A stretch of 40,321 bases of DNA, taken from Chiloscyllium plagiosum. Lineage: Eukaryota. The position numbers and the translations under genes were made by a program. Below, in pieces: positions 1 to 11,110 of this stretch (its first letter is position 1; every line of letters starts with the position of its first letter). The stretch covers positions 4,404,136 through 4,444,456 of the forward strand of contig NC_057718.1 in NCBI RefSeq assembly GCF_004010195.1, written 5' to 3'. The notes under the pieces were generated by a model that worked only from the letters and a program-made list of their open reading frames with translations, was not told the origin of the DNA and ran no database searches.

Positions 1-989
1 AGGGAGTGCTAACGTAGCAATAGATTTGATTGATTCGAATCATCTAACTGAAGAGAAACATTGCCCCGTTTAAGTCATGAGATCAGTGGAAGGACAAAAC
101 ATCATTTCTGGTTAAAGAATTCATCTTTCTCACCAGGTAATGAAGGCATATTGTCTCTGCGGAGCGAGTCGTTGGCCACTGTTTGAACCACCTTCTCAAT
201 CGAGCTATTTCCCTGATGAGGTAGGTTCCACAATCAAACCCCTTTCTGGGTAAAGACTTTGTCGCTCTCAGCAAATTCCACTTTGGATTTAATAGTGACT
301 ACAATTATATCCTCAGCTCCAGTGGATAGCGTCATTCACAAGCAGAAACGTCTTTTCGATGTCTAACCCATCAAAACCCTACATAACTGGACCATGTCAC
401 TCTTTTCCAACGAGACAAGACTGTCCAGTCTTACTTGATGAATTCAAATTAAGTTTGGATATAATTCCAGTAACTACTCTTTATCTTCCCTACTGCCTCT
501 ACATTCATATTACAATATGAAGATCAGAACTGTTTGCAGTGCTCCAAGGATGATCTGTCCATGGCTCTACACATATCTAACACATTTCCATTCTGTCACC
601 CCAGAAACAAAACCAGACTCTACTTTTCCATCTAACCTCACAAACCAGTGCCATTTACTGCTCGTGACTTATTCCTATCTCCAGATCCCTCTGCCCTGTT
701 TAATGACATATTTCCAAAGAGGATGTGGTCTCTTTATTCTTTTGACCACAGTGTACAACCTCACACATGGGTGAAGGTTGATCTTCCACAGCTTTGACTG
801 CAATATTCCCTTAACTACATCTTCCTAACAGTACGTCGACCTAAAAACAAAACTCCAATATTTTAATGTACTTAAGTTCATCAACTATTTCTGATTTGAA
901 AAGCACTAACTGTCCAGCTCAACTTTGAACAAACATCCTCTGCCACAGTTATTAAAATGTCACAAGCTGAACTACAACCACTATTTGCA

Positions 990-1360
990 TTCATATTCAT
1001 TGGAGCCCAAGAATGAGAGGTGATATCATTGAGGTCTATAAAATGGTCAAGGGATTGACCAAGTAGACGCAGAGAAGATGATTCAATCTAAAATGAGGAG
1101 GTGTCATTTTACAATAAAGGAGAAGTTGGAGGAATTAATTATCTTAGAGGATGGTGAATCTGTGGAATTCACAATCTCAGAACAATGTGGATTCTGGGAT
1201 ATTAAGTAAATTTAAATAGGAGACACTCAGGTTTTTAATTAGTAATGGGTTGAAGAATTAAGGAGAGCTGGCAGTATTGGTGTTAAGGCCAAGATGAGAT
1301 TAGCCATGACTGTGGGTTAATATGCCTGCTCCTAACTCTGATGCTCTTATGTTCTTACTT
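990..1360 (+). mobile_element. Degenerate CR1 LINE 3' fragment
   Basis: Resembles the CR1 ORF2 C-terminus and 3' end seen in better copies in this window (attgaggtctataaaatg..., gtgaatctgtggaattc...). Boundaries approximate. Confidence 0.6.
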
Positions 1361-1639
1361 CAAAAGGAGGAAGTAAGAGGAATGGACTATATAAGGTATT
1401 TAATAGGCTTGGTATTGGAAAGACTATGGTGAGAGGCTGTTTGATTTGGTGAGGTGAGGCACAATATTTCTACAGTAGTGTCAGGATACCAGCTGGGCCC
1501 AGCACAGAGAAAAGACCGTGATGTCTCCTTTGCAGTATCTTTCCCCACCTATCCATTTCTAGCCTCTACCTTATTCCCTCCTCCCTAGAATTCAGCCTGA
1601 AGCTCCTTCACCAAAAGTCTTGCAGCCTCTTTCTCCAAA

Positions 1640-2275
1640 CCTACCATCACCGAGTCCCCCACCATCAACATTCTGGGGGGTTACTATTGACTAGAAATTG
1701 AAGTGGACTAGCCATATAACTACGGTAATTAAACCACCCCCCGAATCTCTGAAGCCTGTCCACCATCTACATGAAACAACTCAGGAGTGCAATAGGATAT
1801 TCACTACTTGGCTCGGTTTGGGTGCAAGCTTCAAGAACACTCAAGAAGCTTGACAGCGTCAGGAAAAAGCAGAGTGCTTGAATGGAAACCACATTTACTC
1901 CCTCCTCCACTGATGCCCAGAGCAGGACTATGTACTGTTTACAAGATACATTACATCAATTCATAATACTTCAATAGAATCTTCCAAACCTATGATCAAT
2001 ACCAACTAAAAGGAAAAGGGAAGCAGATTCACGGGAACATCACCTCCTGGAGGTTCCCTTCCAGGCCACCACCATCTGGAGTTGAAAATCTTTCAGCAGT
2101 CCTGAAGTGTCATTGAGCCAAAATTCTGGAATTCCCTCCCAACAGCACTACCAATATGCCTACAACCCACACGGACTGCAGTGATTCAAAAAGGGAGCTC
2201 ACACCCACCTTCTCAAGGGCATTAGAATGATGCAATAAATGTTCTCACAGCCAGTGACACCCACATTCCATAAAT
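1640..2275 (+). mobile_element. Degenerate LINE (CR1/L2 group) 3' fragment
   Basis: ccccaccatcaacattctgggggttactattgac... through ...caccttctcaagggc; the same tail is found on SINE-like copies elsewhere in the window. Boundaries approximate. Confidence 0.55.
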
Positions 2276-2904
2276 TCATTAATTCCTTAACGCCCAATCC
2301 TTCCTTCCACAACACCCCCACCCATAGACAGCTGCGCTGCGCAAACACAAGGCCTTGAGCAGCATGTGGTAATCCACAAAGAGGCCCCAAGCTACATTCA
2401 GGAATCTCTTGAGGCCCTGAGCCATGCTCAGAGAGGGGTGGTCCTGAACAAACAATAATCCCAGTGACTCTCACACCGTAGTCAACAGTGAAACTATCAT
2501 CTGCCAACCTTTTCACAAAGAGATTGGTTAGGACACCTGAATGAATGGCCAGAGGAAGTGGTAGATGCAAGTACAGTTACAACATTTAAAATACATTTGG
2601 AGGAGTACATGAATAGGATAGGTTGAGGATTATGGGCCAAATGCAGGCAAACTGTACTAGCATAATTTGGAAAATTTGGTTGGGATGGACGAGTTGGACT
2701 GAAGGATTCGTTTCCATGCAGTATGACTATGATTCCATTCTTTTCAGCCACAGTGGCATTTTGCAATTGTCCTAAACTATGGTGTAATTGAACAAGTTAA
2801 TGGATGCTTTTGACACCAGAGCCACAGTACTCTGTAGGTAAGGTGTTGAGTAGTAGCTGCAATTTAGTGGGTATTTAATAAACAAAATAATGAAGAAGTA
2901 TACA

Positions 2905-3075
2905 AGGAAATTACTGCAGATGTTGGAATCTGTACTGGAAATAACAGATGTTGGAGCTAACAGCAGGTCAGGCAGCAGCCATGGTGACCAAGCAAGCTAA
3001 CGGTGAGTCTCGATGACTCGATCAGAGCTCTGATGAAGAGTCATCTGGACTCAGAATGTTAGCTTCCTCTCTCCT
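2905..3075. mobile_element. Penelope-derived palindromic element with degenerate hammerhead core
   Basis: Imperfect palindrome 2994-3065 centred on ATCAG-AGCT-CTGAT; CTGATGA-AGAGTC-ATCTG-GACTC-AGAATGTT on the + arm; shares the gcagatgttgga...cagcaggtcaggcagca leader with the other copies. Confidence 0.65.
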
Positions 3076-3094
3076 TCGATTTTTTAAAAAGAGG

Positions 3095-3433
3095 CTCATG
3101 GGATGAGGGTGTCATTGGATTGGTAGAATTCATTGCTCATCCTTAATTGCCCAATGGGCAGCTAAGAATCAAGCTCATTGCTGTGTATCTGGAATCACAT
3201 GTAGGACAAACTAGCTAAGGATGGTAGCTTCTTACCTCAAGCACGTTAGTGAACCAGGTGGGTTTTCCGGAACTCGACAAAGGATTCGTGGTCATGAGAT
3301 TCTTAATTGCAGATATTCACTGAATTCAAATTCCACCATTTCCTATGGCACGATTCAAACTTGGTTCTCCAGAATGCAACCTGGATCTTTGGATAAACAG
3401 TCTAGCAATAATACCACTCCGCCATTGGCTCCC
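3095..3433 (-). mobile_element. tRNA-derived SINE with LINE-like tail
   Basis: Minus strand begins gggagccaatggcggagtggtattattgctagact (A-box-like) with a gtttgaatc B-box-like motif; related copies at about 11240-11400, 27570-27690, 29615-29962 and 30040-30430. Confidence 0.65.
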
Positions 3434-3535
3434 TCCTGCGATCTGCAGTATTTGTTGTTTTCAGTTCTCAAGAAATATGTTATGCATTAATTTTGTACTC
3501 TAAAATAACATTCATAGAGAACACAAAAAGCCCAC

Positions 3536-3658
3536 CTCCAGTCATGATGTTTAAGTCTGGATGACTCAGACAGACTGGCTAATGAAGCGGAGTTACGCAT
3601 TTTAATATCTGGCAGTTCCTCCGCATGTTCGGCTGGCATTGGGCTGCTCTCATTCCTT
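3536..3658 (-). other. Candidate exon of an unidentified divergent gene or transcript
   Basis: On the minus strand: ttctttgtttgctcatcgcag acceptor, 123 nt with one open frame (RNESSPMPAEHAEELPDIKMRNSASLASLSESSRLKHHDW), donor GAG|gtgggc. Non-repeat-looking sequence; no protein family recognised. Confidence 0.35.
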
Positions 3659-4939
3659 CTGCGATGAGCAAACAAAGAAATGACAGTCGGTACTCCCCAC
3701 TAAGCCTCTAGATTCAATTGCACCGCAACCAATGTAATTTATTTTAATTCAAAAATGTTTCAGTGAAAGACATTTAAGCAAGCTCATCACCTCCTGTCTC
3801 AGTTCAATGGGAAATGGGATCAATTCTGCAGCGCCTACTGTCCCAGTGGAAAAGGCCACTGGTTTAAGTTCTTGAACAGGCTATCAGCTAATCTGAGGTT
3901 TCAGTCTTGTTCTTTGACAGTTTGCAACAGGTTTTGCACAAGGGGGCATGCAGACAGGACAAACCTCAATTATATTCAACACAATAAAAGGCAATTCAGT
4001 TTAAATGAGGAAGATTAATTGAGATCAGGCCTCAGGTGAGGATACAAAACAGTCAAGTTTGGAATTTCCAGAGACCATCAAGACCATTCAATTACTGAAG
4101 TTTGTCTCATATTGCTTTCCTCATCAACCTATTTTGATGCATTATGACACCTCTGGAGAAGGTGGGATAGTTCCAGGCCTTCTGGCTCAAAGTTGGAGAC
4201 ACTACCACAGCATCACAAGAGCACTGTGTTTTCGGCTGAGTAACTGGTGGGTTAATTTGCCCAATTACTTTACTCATCTGGAAGATACTGTTACCATCCT
4301 AAAGCTGGGAAATAAGCAAAGTATTAATGGGAGCAAAGATGTTATAACAGTCTCTCTGACAAGGGACAAAATATCTTCCATCTGTTTTTTGTTCATCCTT
4401 CGATAGTTTAAAATTTTTAAACCTTCTAGTCTACTATCATCTTTGCAGTTTTGTACATCTTTTCTTTCAATTTGATGTCACTCATAATTCCCTCACCTAT
4501 GCACCGCTGTTCATCGTGCATTTCTTTTACAAGTTAATATATATTGTTGAGAATTATAGAATAACTGAATATATTCTTCTGCTTTAACGTTCTAACTATA
4601 GTCCCATTCCAGTTTAGCGAACTACTACCTAACCCCCTTGTGACTGCCTTTAAGTTTAGATACTAGTTGAAGAACCAAATTCCTCACCCTAAAGCTAAAG
4701 TCTATCATTCTGCATTGCATCTTACCAAAAGGGTCTTTTACTTTGAGCTCATTAATCGATCATATTATCAGGTCTTAAATAGCTGTTCCCTAATTGGTTC
4801 TAGTGCATCTGCTCTGTGAAATTGCACAGAGCTGTCTACCTCAAATTGCTTCAGAAGGTAACATAAGCTGAGTGCACAATATTATTTTAACTAACAGAGA
4901 ACCCTCTGAATGCCAGGATTCTGTTAGATCCCCAAAATT

Positions 4940-5370
4940 ACTCAGAGCATGGAATCTCTACTTTGTGGAAACAGGCCCTTCAGCCCAACAAATCTACACC
5001 AACCCTTCAAATAGCATGAAAATGTGTTGCTGGAAAAGCGCAGCAGGTCAGGCAGCATCCAGGGAACAGGAGAATCGACGTTCCGGGCATAAGCCCTTCT
5101 TCAGGAAGCCCTTCAAAGCCCTTCAAATAGCATCCCAACCAAATCTATTCCTCAATGTTTACCCCTGATTCAGGCACCAAGCCTGTGCATTGCTGAACAC
5201 TATGGGCAATTTATCATAACCAATTCACCTAATCTGCACATTTTTGGATTGTGGGAGGAAACAGCACCTGGAGGAAAAACACGCAGACAGGGGAGAATGT
5301 GCAAAATCAAAACACAGAACGTCGCTCGAGGCTGGAATTGAACCTGGGTCCCTTGTGCGCTGAGCTGCTC
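4940..5370 (-). mobile_element. HE1-like V-SINE, interrupted by a Penelope-type fragment (about 5015-5105)
   Basis: Reverse complement matches the 23217-23561 copy: B-box ggttcaattcc, V-domain-like core and a CR1-type tail. Confidence 0.7.
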
Positions 5371-6049
5371 CCCTTTTTCTTAAAAGACTGAGTGCATTCA
5401 CCCTGTCTTTCTTGATCATAGGTGACAGCAAAACCATGAATAACTGTGCAACGAGCAACAATCCTCAGGTTATTAAGCCATGAAGTTTAATAGTATTAAT
5501 CAGATTTCGGCAGTGTAAACATCTTTCCTGCAAAGTTCAGCCCTGATTCGCAGTTGCTTCATGAAGTCGGAATGTTGCTGCCTCTGTTGGTCCAACAGCA
5601 CTGTCACTGACACAGGAGCTGTTCTACCAGATCGGTTTGTGGCAGTCAGAGATCCTGCTACAACCTGCGCACACACCAACCCAGTCATCTCAATCAGAAA
5701 GAATTAGTACAGCACAGATTAGAAGATGACTTGGATCACATTTTGCTTTTGAAATCAGAGTCCCCTATTCAACCCATCACAACTGTGCTTTTTTTTTTAA
5801 AGTAGCAATTTGGCTAGATCCCTGCTCTCACAGTAGTGCAAATAATTTCTTTTTGCAAGTATTCGAATTTATTTTGGAAATTAACAGTGAATCAGCTACC
5901 ACCTCCTTTCCAGATGATCTCAGCTCTTCTTTCGGAACAGCAAACACAATAGGAACATTGAAGCATCCAATATTAAAAGAAATCACATGCTCGGTCACTG
6001 GAACCTGATGGGTTTTTCTTTACATACTGCTTATCAAAAGTTAATTTTA

Positions 6050-7600
6050 AGCAAAAAGGAGAACTCAAAGATAAAAGTGTACCACCTGTGGGTAACAAAC
6101 GCAGTGAAGGGCAGTACCCACAAGGAAAAGAATGACACAGCAGCGGATGACTGAAAAGGAAGAAAACTGATCATGTAATTAACTTGACAAGAATCAGAAA
6201 TGAATGGCAAGAGTTGTACAGGTATATAAAAAATGAGTGTCTAAAGTCAGCATCGAACCCTTGGAGGTTCTGACTCTGGCATTGATAATGGGTACAGGGA
6301 AACAGCTGATAATTTAAACCGATATTTTACATTGATCTTCATGAAGGAGGATACCGTTATCAACCGAAAGGTAGCAAATAAGCAAGTTAGTCATGGGAAG
6401 AAAAATGTTATAACTGTCTTTGTCACAAGGGACAAAGTATTGACCAACTAATAGAACTAAAGGCAGACAGGACCTAATTGCCTGGATCAAACATTTTGAA
6501 GGCAACTGGCTGCAGAGATATTCAAGGCATCGATTGGAATATTCAAGAATCAGGGGATACAGGGAGCATCTAGTGGATTGATGCATTTGTTCAAGAAGGG
6601 AAGGGAGACATAAATCAGGAAACTATAGACAAGTTAGTTTAATGTCTGTTTTGGTAATACAGCAGAGTCGAATATAAATTTAAGAAATAGCAGGACATTT
6701 AGAAAAGCTTATCATTAAACACGGTAGACTGGGTTTGGTGAAAGAGAAACTATATTTGACAAATTTGCGACAGTACATTGAGGAGATAACAAGCAGGGCT
6801 GATAAAGGGCAATCAAATGATGTTCTGCATTTGGATTTTAAAAATATAAATGATAATGTGCTACATAAAAGTTAATTGCATAATAGAGGAGCTCACAGTA
6901 TCTGGGTAATGTATTTACATGAACTGAGGATTCGTTTGCCACACTGGCTGCTGCTGAGATCTCACTAGGAGTACTGTATACAATGTTACCTCCCATATTT
7001 AATAAAGGATAAACCAGCATTGGAGACCATTCAAAAAAGATTCATTTAGCTGCTTCGAGGATGAAAGGGTTGAACTATCAAGAATAGCTAAACAGGTTAG
7101 GCGATTATTCAATAGCATTTCGACAAACAAGGGGTGATTTTATGGAAACAAGATTCTGAGGAGCCTGACAGGGTAGATGTTGACTCGATCTTCCAGCACC
7201 AATGAAGTCTCAAACTAGGGAACATTGCAGAAGGGAACATTCATTTTAAAAAAAAGTAAATAATTTTTTTCCCTCAGTGAATGGCTAGAATTTTCTAGCC
7301 CAAAGAATTGTGAAAGTTAAATGTGGTAGGGGAATGGGTCTTGTTGGGTTACTCTTCGGAGGGTCAGTGTGGCTTGTTGGGCTGAAAGGCCTGTTTCAAA
7401 ACAGTAGGGAATCTGTGATTCTATCTCAAATTATTTTAAAAGAGGGCAGATAGATTTTTGACATATTGAGCAGTTGAGGGCTATGTGGATCAAGCATAAA
7501 AGAGGTATTGATGCCTGGATTGGCCCAGCCATGATCTGATAGAATGGGGGAACAAACTGTAGGGGATGAATGCCCTACTCTTGCCTCAATTCCTTGGGGC
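6050..7600 (+). mobile_element. Highly degenerate CR1 LINE ORF2 remnant (with a SINE tail at about 7320-7425)
   Basis: Remnants of GNYRPVSL (ggaaactatagacaagttagttt), the GFVK..C.TNL region and a CR1 3' end; many stops and frameshifts. Confidence 0.6.
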
Positions 7601-7809
7601 TCCATTTCATGCTTTTTTGTCTCCAAAGAAGAGCGTGATACAATGTGCTAAAGATCTCAGATGTTGTGAAGGAATGAAAATGGGGTGTTTATGTACTGAT
7701 TCAAATGGCCTTGATTCATCAATCACAGCTACACAGTCGTGAGTAGGAAGGCAATTCCATCCATGAATAAAGGAAATCTACAGCAGAGCTCACACAGAGG
7801 GAATTCGTA

Positions 7810-8320
7810 CCCTCAGCAAACTCTCCCATCACATTACCCAATATATCAGCAAAAGCCGGACGCACTGCGCATGCTCTAGGCAACAAAGGGACCCGGGTGA
7901 TTGGTCAGCACCGGACCAATGAAATGACGGTGGGCGGTGCTGGAGGACCAGCTGGGTGGTTGGTCCTCCAACCAATCAAAGTGAATGAGGGGCGGAACTA
8001 GGCTAAACCACGAGATCACTCTCGCACGTGGTGCAGAGTCGCTGTAATGATGCTCGGGAAGTTCTGGAGAGAAAGGATACGGTAAGGAAAGAAATAAACA
8101 GGGAAACTGGTGAAAAACTGTGTTTCTATGAGCGGAGAGGTTTTACAAACAAATTGTGCACGTCCCAGTCCCGTGTTTGCAGTAAATGGAGAATTGCCTC
8201 GGCGCAACTGCAGGCCTGAGTGAACGCCGCCATCTTTATTCGGAGCAAGGATTCACTGGACGAGTGCACGGCCGCCATCTTTGTAGGGGGCAAGGTGCAA
8301 CCAGGCGCATGTGCAGCCTT
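7810..8320. promoter_or_regulatory. CpG-rich promoter-like region, possibly bidirectional
   Basis: Local CpG enrichment; NRF1-like TGCGCATGC 7866-7874; CCAAT/ATTGG at 7900, 7916 and 7972; GC boxes 7932-7937 and 7989-7995; E-box CACGTG 8025-8030; two YY1-type GCCGCCATCTTT (8226-8237, 8271-8282). Confidence 0.65.
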
Positions 8321-9289
8321 TCTCTCGTGTAGAGTTATTGGGATCATAGCAGCCAATATTGCTCTGATTCACCTCTGGGCTCCCTCATGACCACTTTGTC
8401 AATATCTAGCTTCCTCAGTCTCGAAGCATGGGTGTATTTTGGTCTGTTTAGTACTGTATTATTACTTTTATAGACCCTTTGTCAATGAGTTTTTCACTGC
8501 GGCCCAGCCCCTGACCACGTGATGCTCTATTATCAAATTACTTTTTTCTTGAATATTTTTGACAGTCAAGAATTCTTTTTTCCAATAAGCAAGTGTATTT
8601 TCCTTCCATTTCTGACTATCAAATTCTGCACCATTTTCATTCCCTGTAATCCATTTTGCATTCCCTGAAACTGTGTTTCACCTTCCACAGATACCAGTGA
8701 TTAATGCCAAAGCCCTGTTGCTTGTGGAGACGGTGATGTTTGACTTTCTTGTACAGCTGCAGGTGCTCCCACAATGTGGTTGGGTAAGAGACATTATCAG
8801 GTGACCAAAAGCATTGCCATAAAGCAGGTTTTGAGGGATGTCTTAAAGGTGGAACGCAGACCTGTAAGGTTTTGTCTGCAAATTCCAGACCATGTTGCTT
8901 TAGTAACTGTAGAATCAGCCACATAGTTGAAGTAATGAAGTAACAAAATCGTTGGGAGTCTCAAAAAAATGGGTTGTCGAGGTCTCAAAGGATGTGTGGT
9001 GCAGGTAGCTACGGATGATCACAGCCAGGAATCAAATCAAGAACGAGAATTTTAAATTGTTGTTGCTTATGAATAGGAGCCTGTTGACGGATGAACATGT
9101 TTGGGGAGAAGTGAGCACGTGGACGATACAGCTTTCAATGTTTCTTGAGATTACAGTGAGGTTGAATTTGGGAGGCTGGCCAGGAGTGTGTTTGGATAAT
9201 TAAGTCTGTAGATAACACACAATGGATGAGAGTTTCAGTATATGAGCTGAGATGAGGGTGGAACTAGCAAGAAATAGTGGTGTTGGAGT

Positions 9290-11110
9290 GGGACTTGGCT
9301 GTCACTGTCGCCTCACCTCTGGGATTCAGCTGGTTGTCAGGTTGTGAATCAGGCGGTAACACAATCGGGAGCTGAGTGGCCCTGGTGGAGCCTAAACTGA
9401 GTGTCGCTCAGCTGGCTGTTGCTGAGCAGCTGCTGCTTGATAGTCCTGTTGATGACTACTTCCATCACTTTACTGCTGATCGAGTGTGGACTGACAGAGG
9501 GAAATTGCCTGGGTTGGATTTGCCCTGTGTTTTAGTGTTGAAAATCCCTGGGCAATGTTCCACATTGTCAGTTGATGCCAGTGCTGGAGCGGTACGTGAC
9601 TTGGTGGGTAGCTTGTGCTCCAGAACTTGCCATCAGTATTATTGCCAGAATGTTAGCAGGACCCATAGCCTTTACACTACTTCACCATTTCTCGATATTA
9701 TTCGAACTAAATTGAACTGGCTTCAAGCTCACATCTGTGATGTTAGAAGCCACTGGAGAAGGCTGAGATGGATTATCCCACTTTGCATCTGGCTGATAAT
9801 TGCTGCAAATGCTGTCATCTTATCTTTTGCATGGATGTGTGAAACCATCAGTAAGGGTGGGGATATCTGTAGTGCTTCCTGTAACGGATTGTTTAATTGT
9901 CCATTACCATTCACAACTGGGTGTGGCAGAACTGCAGAGCTCTGATCTGATCCATTAATTGTGGGATTACTTAGCTCTGTTGTTTGCTGCTGATGCTGTT
10001 TGTTTATGCAGATAGTACTGCTTGGTAGCTTCACCAGGTTGGCACTTCATTTTTAGGTATGCCTGGTGCTGCTCATGGCATGCCCTCCTTTCCTGTCCAT
10101 TGTGATGGGTGAGTGCGGGATTTACAAACCCATGAGATTACAGATTGTGCTGCAGTACAGTTCTGCTGTTGTTGTTATCCCACAGTGCCTCAGAGATATC
10201 CAGTTTGAGTTCCTACATCTGTCCCATTTAGCACGNNNNNNNNNNNNNNNNNNNNNNNNNNNNNNNNNNNNNNNNNNNNNNNNNNNNNNNNNNNNNNNNN
10301 NNNNNNNNNNNNNNNNNNNNNNNNNNNNNNNNNNNNNNNNNNNNNNNNNNNNNNNNNNNNNNNNNNNNNNNNNNNNNNNNNNNNNNNNNNNNNNNNNNNN
10401 NNNNNNNNNNNNNNNNNNNNNNNNNNNNNNNNNNNNNNNNNNNNNNNNNNNNNNNNNNNNNNNNNNNNNNNNNNNNNNNNNNNNNNNNNNNNNNNNNNNN
10501 NNNNNNNNNNNNNNNNNNNNNNNNNNNNNNNNNNNNNNNNNNNNNNNNNNNNNNNNNNNNNNNNNNNNNNNNNNNNNNNNNNNNNNNNNNNNNNNNNNNN
10601 NNNNNNNNNNNNNNNNNNNNNNNNNNNNNNNNNNNNNNNNNNNNNNNNNNNNNTACGTGGTAATCAGCAGGAGCCATGAGACTTCCTGGTGTGCAAAGAA
10701 AATGCTGAGTACTCCCAGGGCAAATGGTTCCTGTGTGTACTCTACTGTGCCATAACCTCTGCCTGGTCTGTCCTGCTGGTGGGACAGGACATATCCAGAG
10801 ATTTCATTAGAAAGTGAAGACTGCAGATGCTGGAGATCAGAGTCTAGAGTGTGGTGCTGGAAAAGCACAGCGGGTCAGGCTGATGAAGGGCTTTGGCTCG
10901 AAACGTCAATTCTACTGCTCCTCGGATGCTGCCTACCCTGTTGTGTTTTTCCATAACCACACTCTCTATATCTAGTGTTGGTGGTGTCTGGCCATGATCT
11001 GTAAGGGATGACTCCGTGAGTATCACTATGGCAGGCTGTTCCTTAACTAGTCTGTGAGACAGCTCGCCACGTTTTGGCACAAAAAAAAACATATGTTAGT
11101 GAGCAGGATT
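9290..11110 (-). mobile_element. Degenerate LINE (CR1/L2 group) with APE endonuclease remnant; spans an N gap
   Basis: Minus-strand peptide GELSHRLVKEQPAIVILTES resembles the start of an APE endonuclease (..D.V.LTES), followed by YVLSHQQDRPGRG; broken frames. Confidence 0.6.
10814..10970. mobile_element. Penelope-derived inverted-repeat element with hammerhead core
   Basis: Inverted arms agagtgtggtgctggaaaagcacagc / ttgtgtttttccataaccacactct; core CTGATGA-AGGGC-TTTG-GCTC-GAAAC-GTC at 10880-10907. Confidence 0.7.

Noticed and set aside
83..274. 63-aa minus-strand ORF as a host exon
   Set aside because: No recognisable homology or clear splice sites; a neighbouring frame has a VFTQKGV*LWNLP stretch resembling a decayed CR1 C-terminus.
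8047..8081. ATGATG...ACG|gtaagg as gulo coding exon 1
   Set aside because: It ends in phase 2, while the exon at 19491 needs phase 0; the spliced frame stops early in the following exon.
9376..9945. 189-aa + strand ORF
   Set aside because: It is antisense to a degenerate LINE and shows no protein features.
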